From an uncultured delta proteobacterium (GTDB lineage: Bacteria; Myxococcota_A; Polyangia; Polyangiales; Polyangiaceae), in NCBI GenBank assembly GCA_963806225.1, contig CAWDXG010000004.1:5184001-5248000 (forward strand): 64,000 bases of DNA. The letters run 5' to 3'. This document shows, in pieces, positions 63,016 to 64,000 of the stretch. Below the pieces are notes generated by a model. The model was not told the origin of the DNA and did no database searches. It was given only the letters and a program-made list of their open reading frames with translations. How positions within the stretch are numbered: position 1 is the first letter of the stretch; each line of letters begins with the position of its first letter. The position numbers were made by a program, and so were the translations under genes.

Positions 63016-64000
63016 ATGGGCTACGGCAAGAAGGTCGATCTGTTCGCGGGCGCGATGTCGCGCCTGCTTCACCTGCGCGGAGCACAGCAGAACACCGCGC
63101 CGGATCTCGAACAGTATCTCGAGCTGCCGCCGGAACGCATGTTCCCCGAGCCACGCCCCATCACGGATCTGCGCATCGAGCGCACCCTGATCGACAGGCA
63201 GCTCAAGACCACCACGCTGTCCTGGAAGAGCGCGCACGAGGTGATCTGCCCGCGCTACCGGCAGCGTCACGAGGGTGAGTACAAAAAGAACCTCACCGCC
63301 TGGGCGCGTTGGATCCGCCCTGACGGTGAAGCGCGCCGTTCGTGCCTCGTGTACGTGCACGGCTGGCTGGAGCCGGGCTCCTGGGCCGAGGAGTCGACGC
63401 TGTTCCGCAAGTGGACGCGCGAACTCGGCGTCGACATCGTGCACGTGTCGCTTCCGTTCCACGGGCGCCGCAAGCCGCGGGGCGCGCTGTTCAGCGGCGA
63501 GTTCTTCTGGACGGCGGATCTGGTGCGCTCCGTGGAAGGCGTGCGGCAGGCGGCTTGCGACGCGCGCTCCGTCGTCGCGTGGCTCCGGCGTCAGGACTAC
63601 GAACAGGTAGGCGTCACCGGTATCAGTCTGGGCGGCGCCATCGCGATGCTGCTCGCCTGCGTGGATCCCGCGCCGGACTACGTGGCGCCGATCGTTGCCC
63701 ACCTGAAGCTCGAAGACGCCGTCGAGAACGCCCCGATCCTGTGGCGCATGAAACACGACCTGGAGCGTTGGGGCATCGACGAGCCGAGCCGCCGCGAGCT
63801 GTTCCGCCGGCTCGGCTGGTCCACGCTGTCTCCAACGCTGCCGCCCGACAGGCAGCTCTGGGTCCAGGCGGAGGAGGACGTGTACATCGACGCCGATCTG
63901 ACCCGGCAGCAGTGGGAAGACTGGGATCGCCCGCAGATCCTGTGGATTCCGGGGGGCCACATGACATTCCCGCTGCACATCGACAGTATCACGAGAAGGC
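63016..64000 (+). CDS. Alpha/beta hydrolase (runs off the window edge)
   Basis: Manual translation from ATG 63016: VYVHGW, LPFHGRR, GISLGG nucleophile elbow, EEDVY, PGGHMT. No stop in window. Confidence 0.85.
   Translation, partial: MGYGKKVDLFAGAMSRLLHLRGAQQNTAPDLEQYLELPPERMFPEPRPITDLRIERTLIDRQLKTTTLSWKSAHEVICPRYRQRHEGEYKKNLTAWARWIRPDGEARRSCLVYVHGWLEPGSWAEESTLFRKWTRELGVDIVHVSLPFHGRRKPRGALFSGEFFWTADLVRSVEGVRQAACDARSVVAWLRRQDYEQVGVTGISLGGAIAMLLACVDPAPDYVAPIVAHLKLEDAVENAPILWRMKHDLERWGIDEPSRRELFRRLGWSTLSPTLPPDRQLWVQAEEDVYIDADLTRQQWEDWDRPQILWIPGGHMTFPLHIDSITRR

Overview
High-GC (roughly 70% by eye) chromosomal segment, most likely from a myxobacterium (Myxococcota, Polyangiaceae-like). The evidence is a MYXO-CTERM-like sorting tail, many Gly-rich linker lipoproteins and Cys-rich VWA surface proteins. 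About 13 apparent single-base frameshifts, 10 of them in the first 15.4 kb, look like uncorrected long-read indels. Contents in order: (1) a Pho regulon block (phoBR, OprO/P-type porin, pstSCAB-phoU) with 11-bp-periodic PHO boxes; (2) a four-gene peptide-ligase operon (C39-like peptidase, RimK-like ATP-grasp, GCS2 ligase, N-formylglutamate amidohydrolase); (3) a crtY-crtE-crtI-crtB carotenoid operon ending in an unknown membrane protein with a duplicated DxxxH/ExxxH motif, a CarH/CarA-like operator and a divergent ABC1/UbiB kinase; (4) two toxin-antitoxin pairs and several cell-wall hydrolase-like genes; (5) the strongest candidate for an undescribed system, a DUF692 (MNIO) + DUF2063 pair converging on three paralogous lipoprotein-like precursors that share a 6-Cys/2-His domain; (6) a two-component system with a sigma-54 promoter driving a collagen-stalked cytochrome c lipoprotein; (7) assorted lipoproteins, a phosphoesterase and monomeric icd; (8) an ECF sigma factor fused to a zinc anti-sigma domain, with a 31-bp promoter-like motif found three times upstream of small Cys-containing proteins. 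No rRNA, tRNA, CRISPR array, transposase or integrase was recognised. All family assignments come from motif recognition by eye, not database searches.
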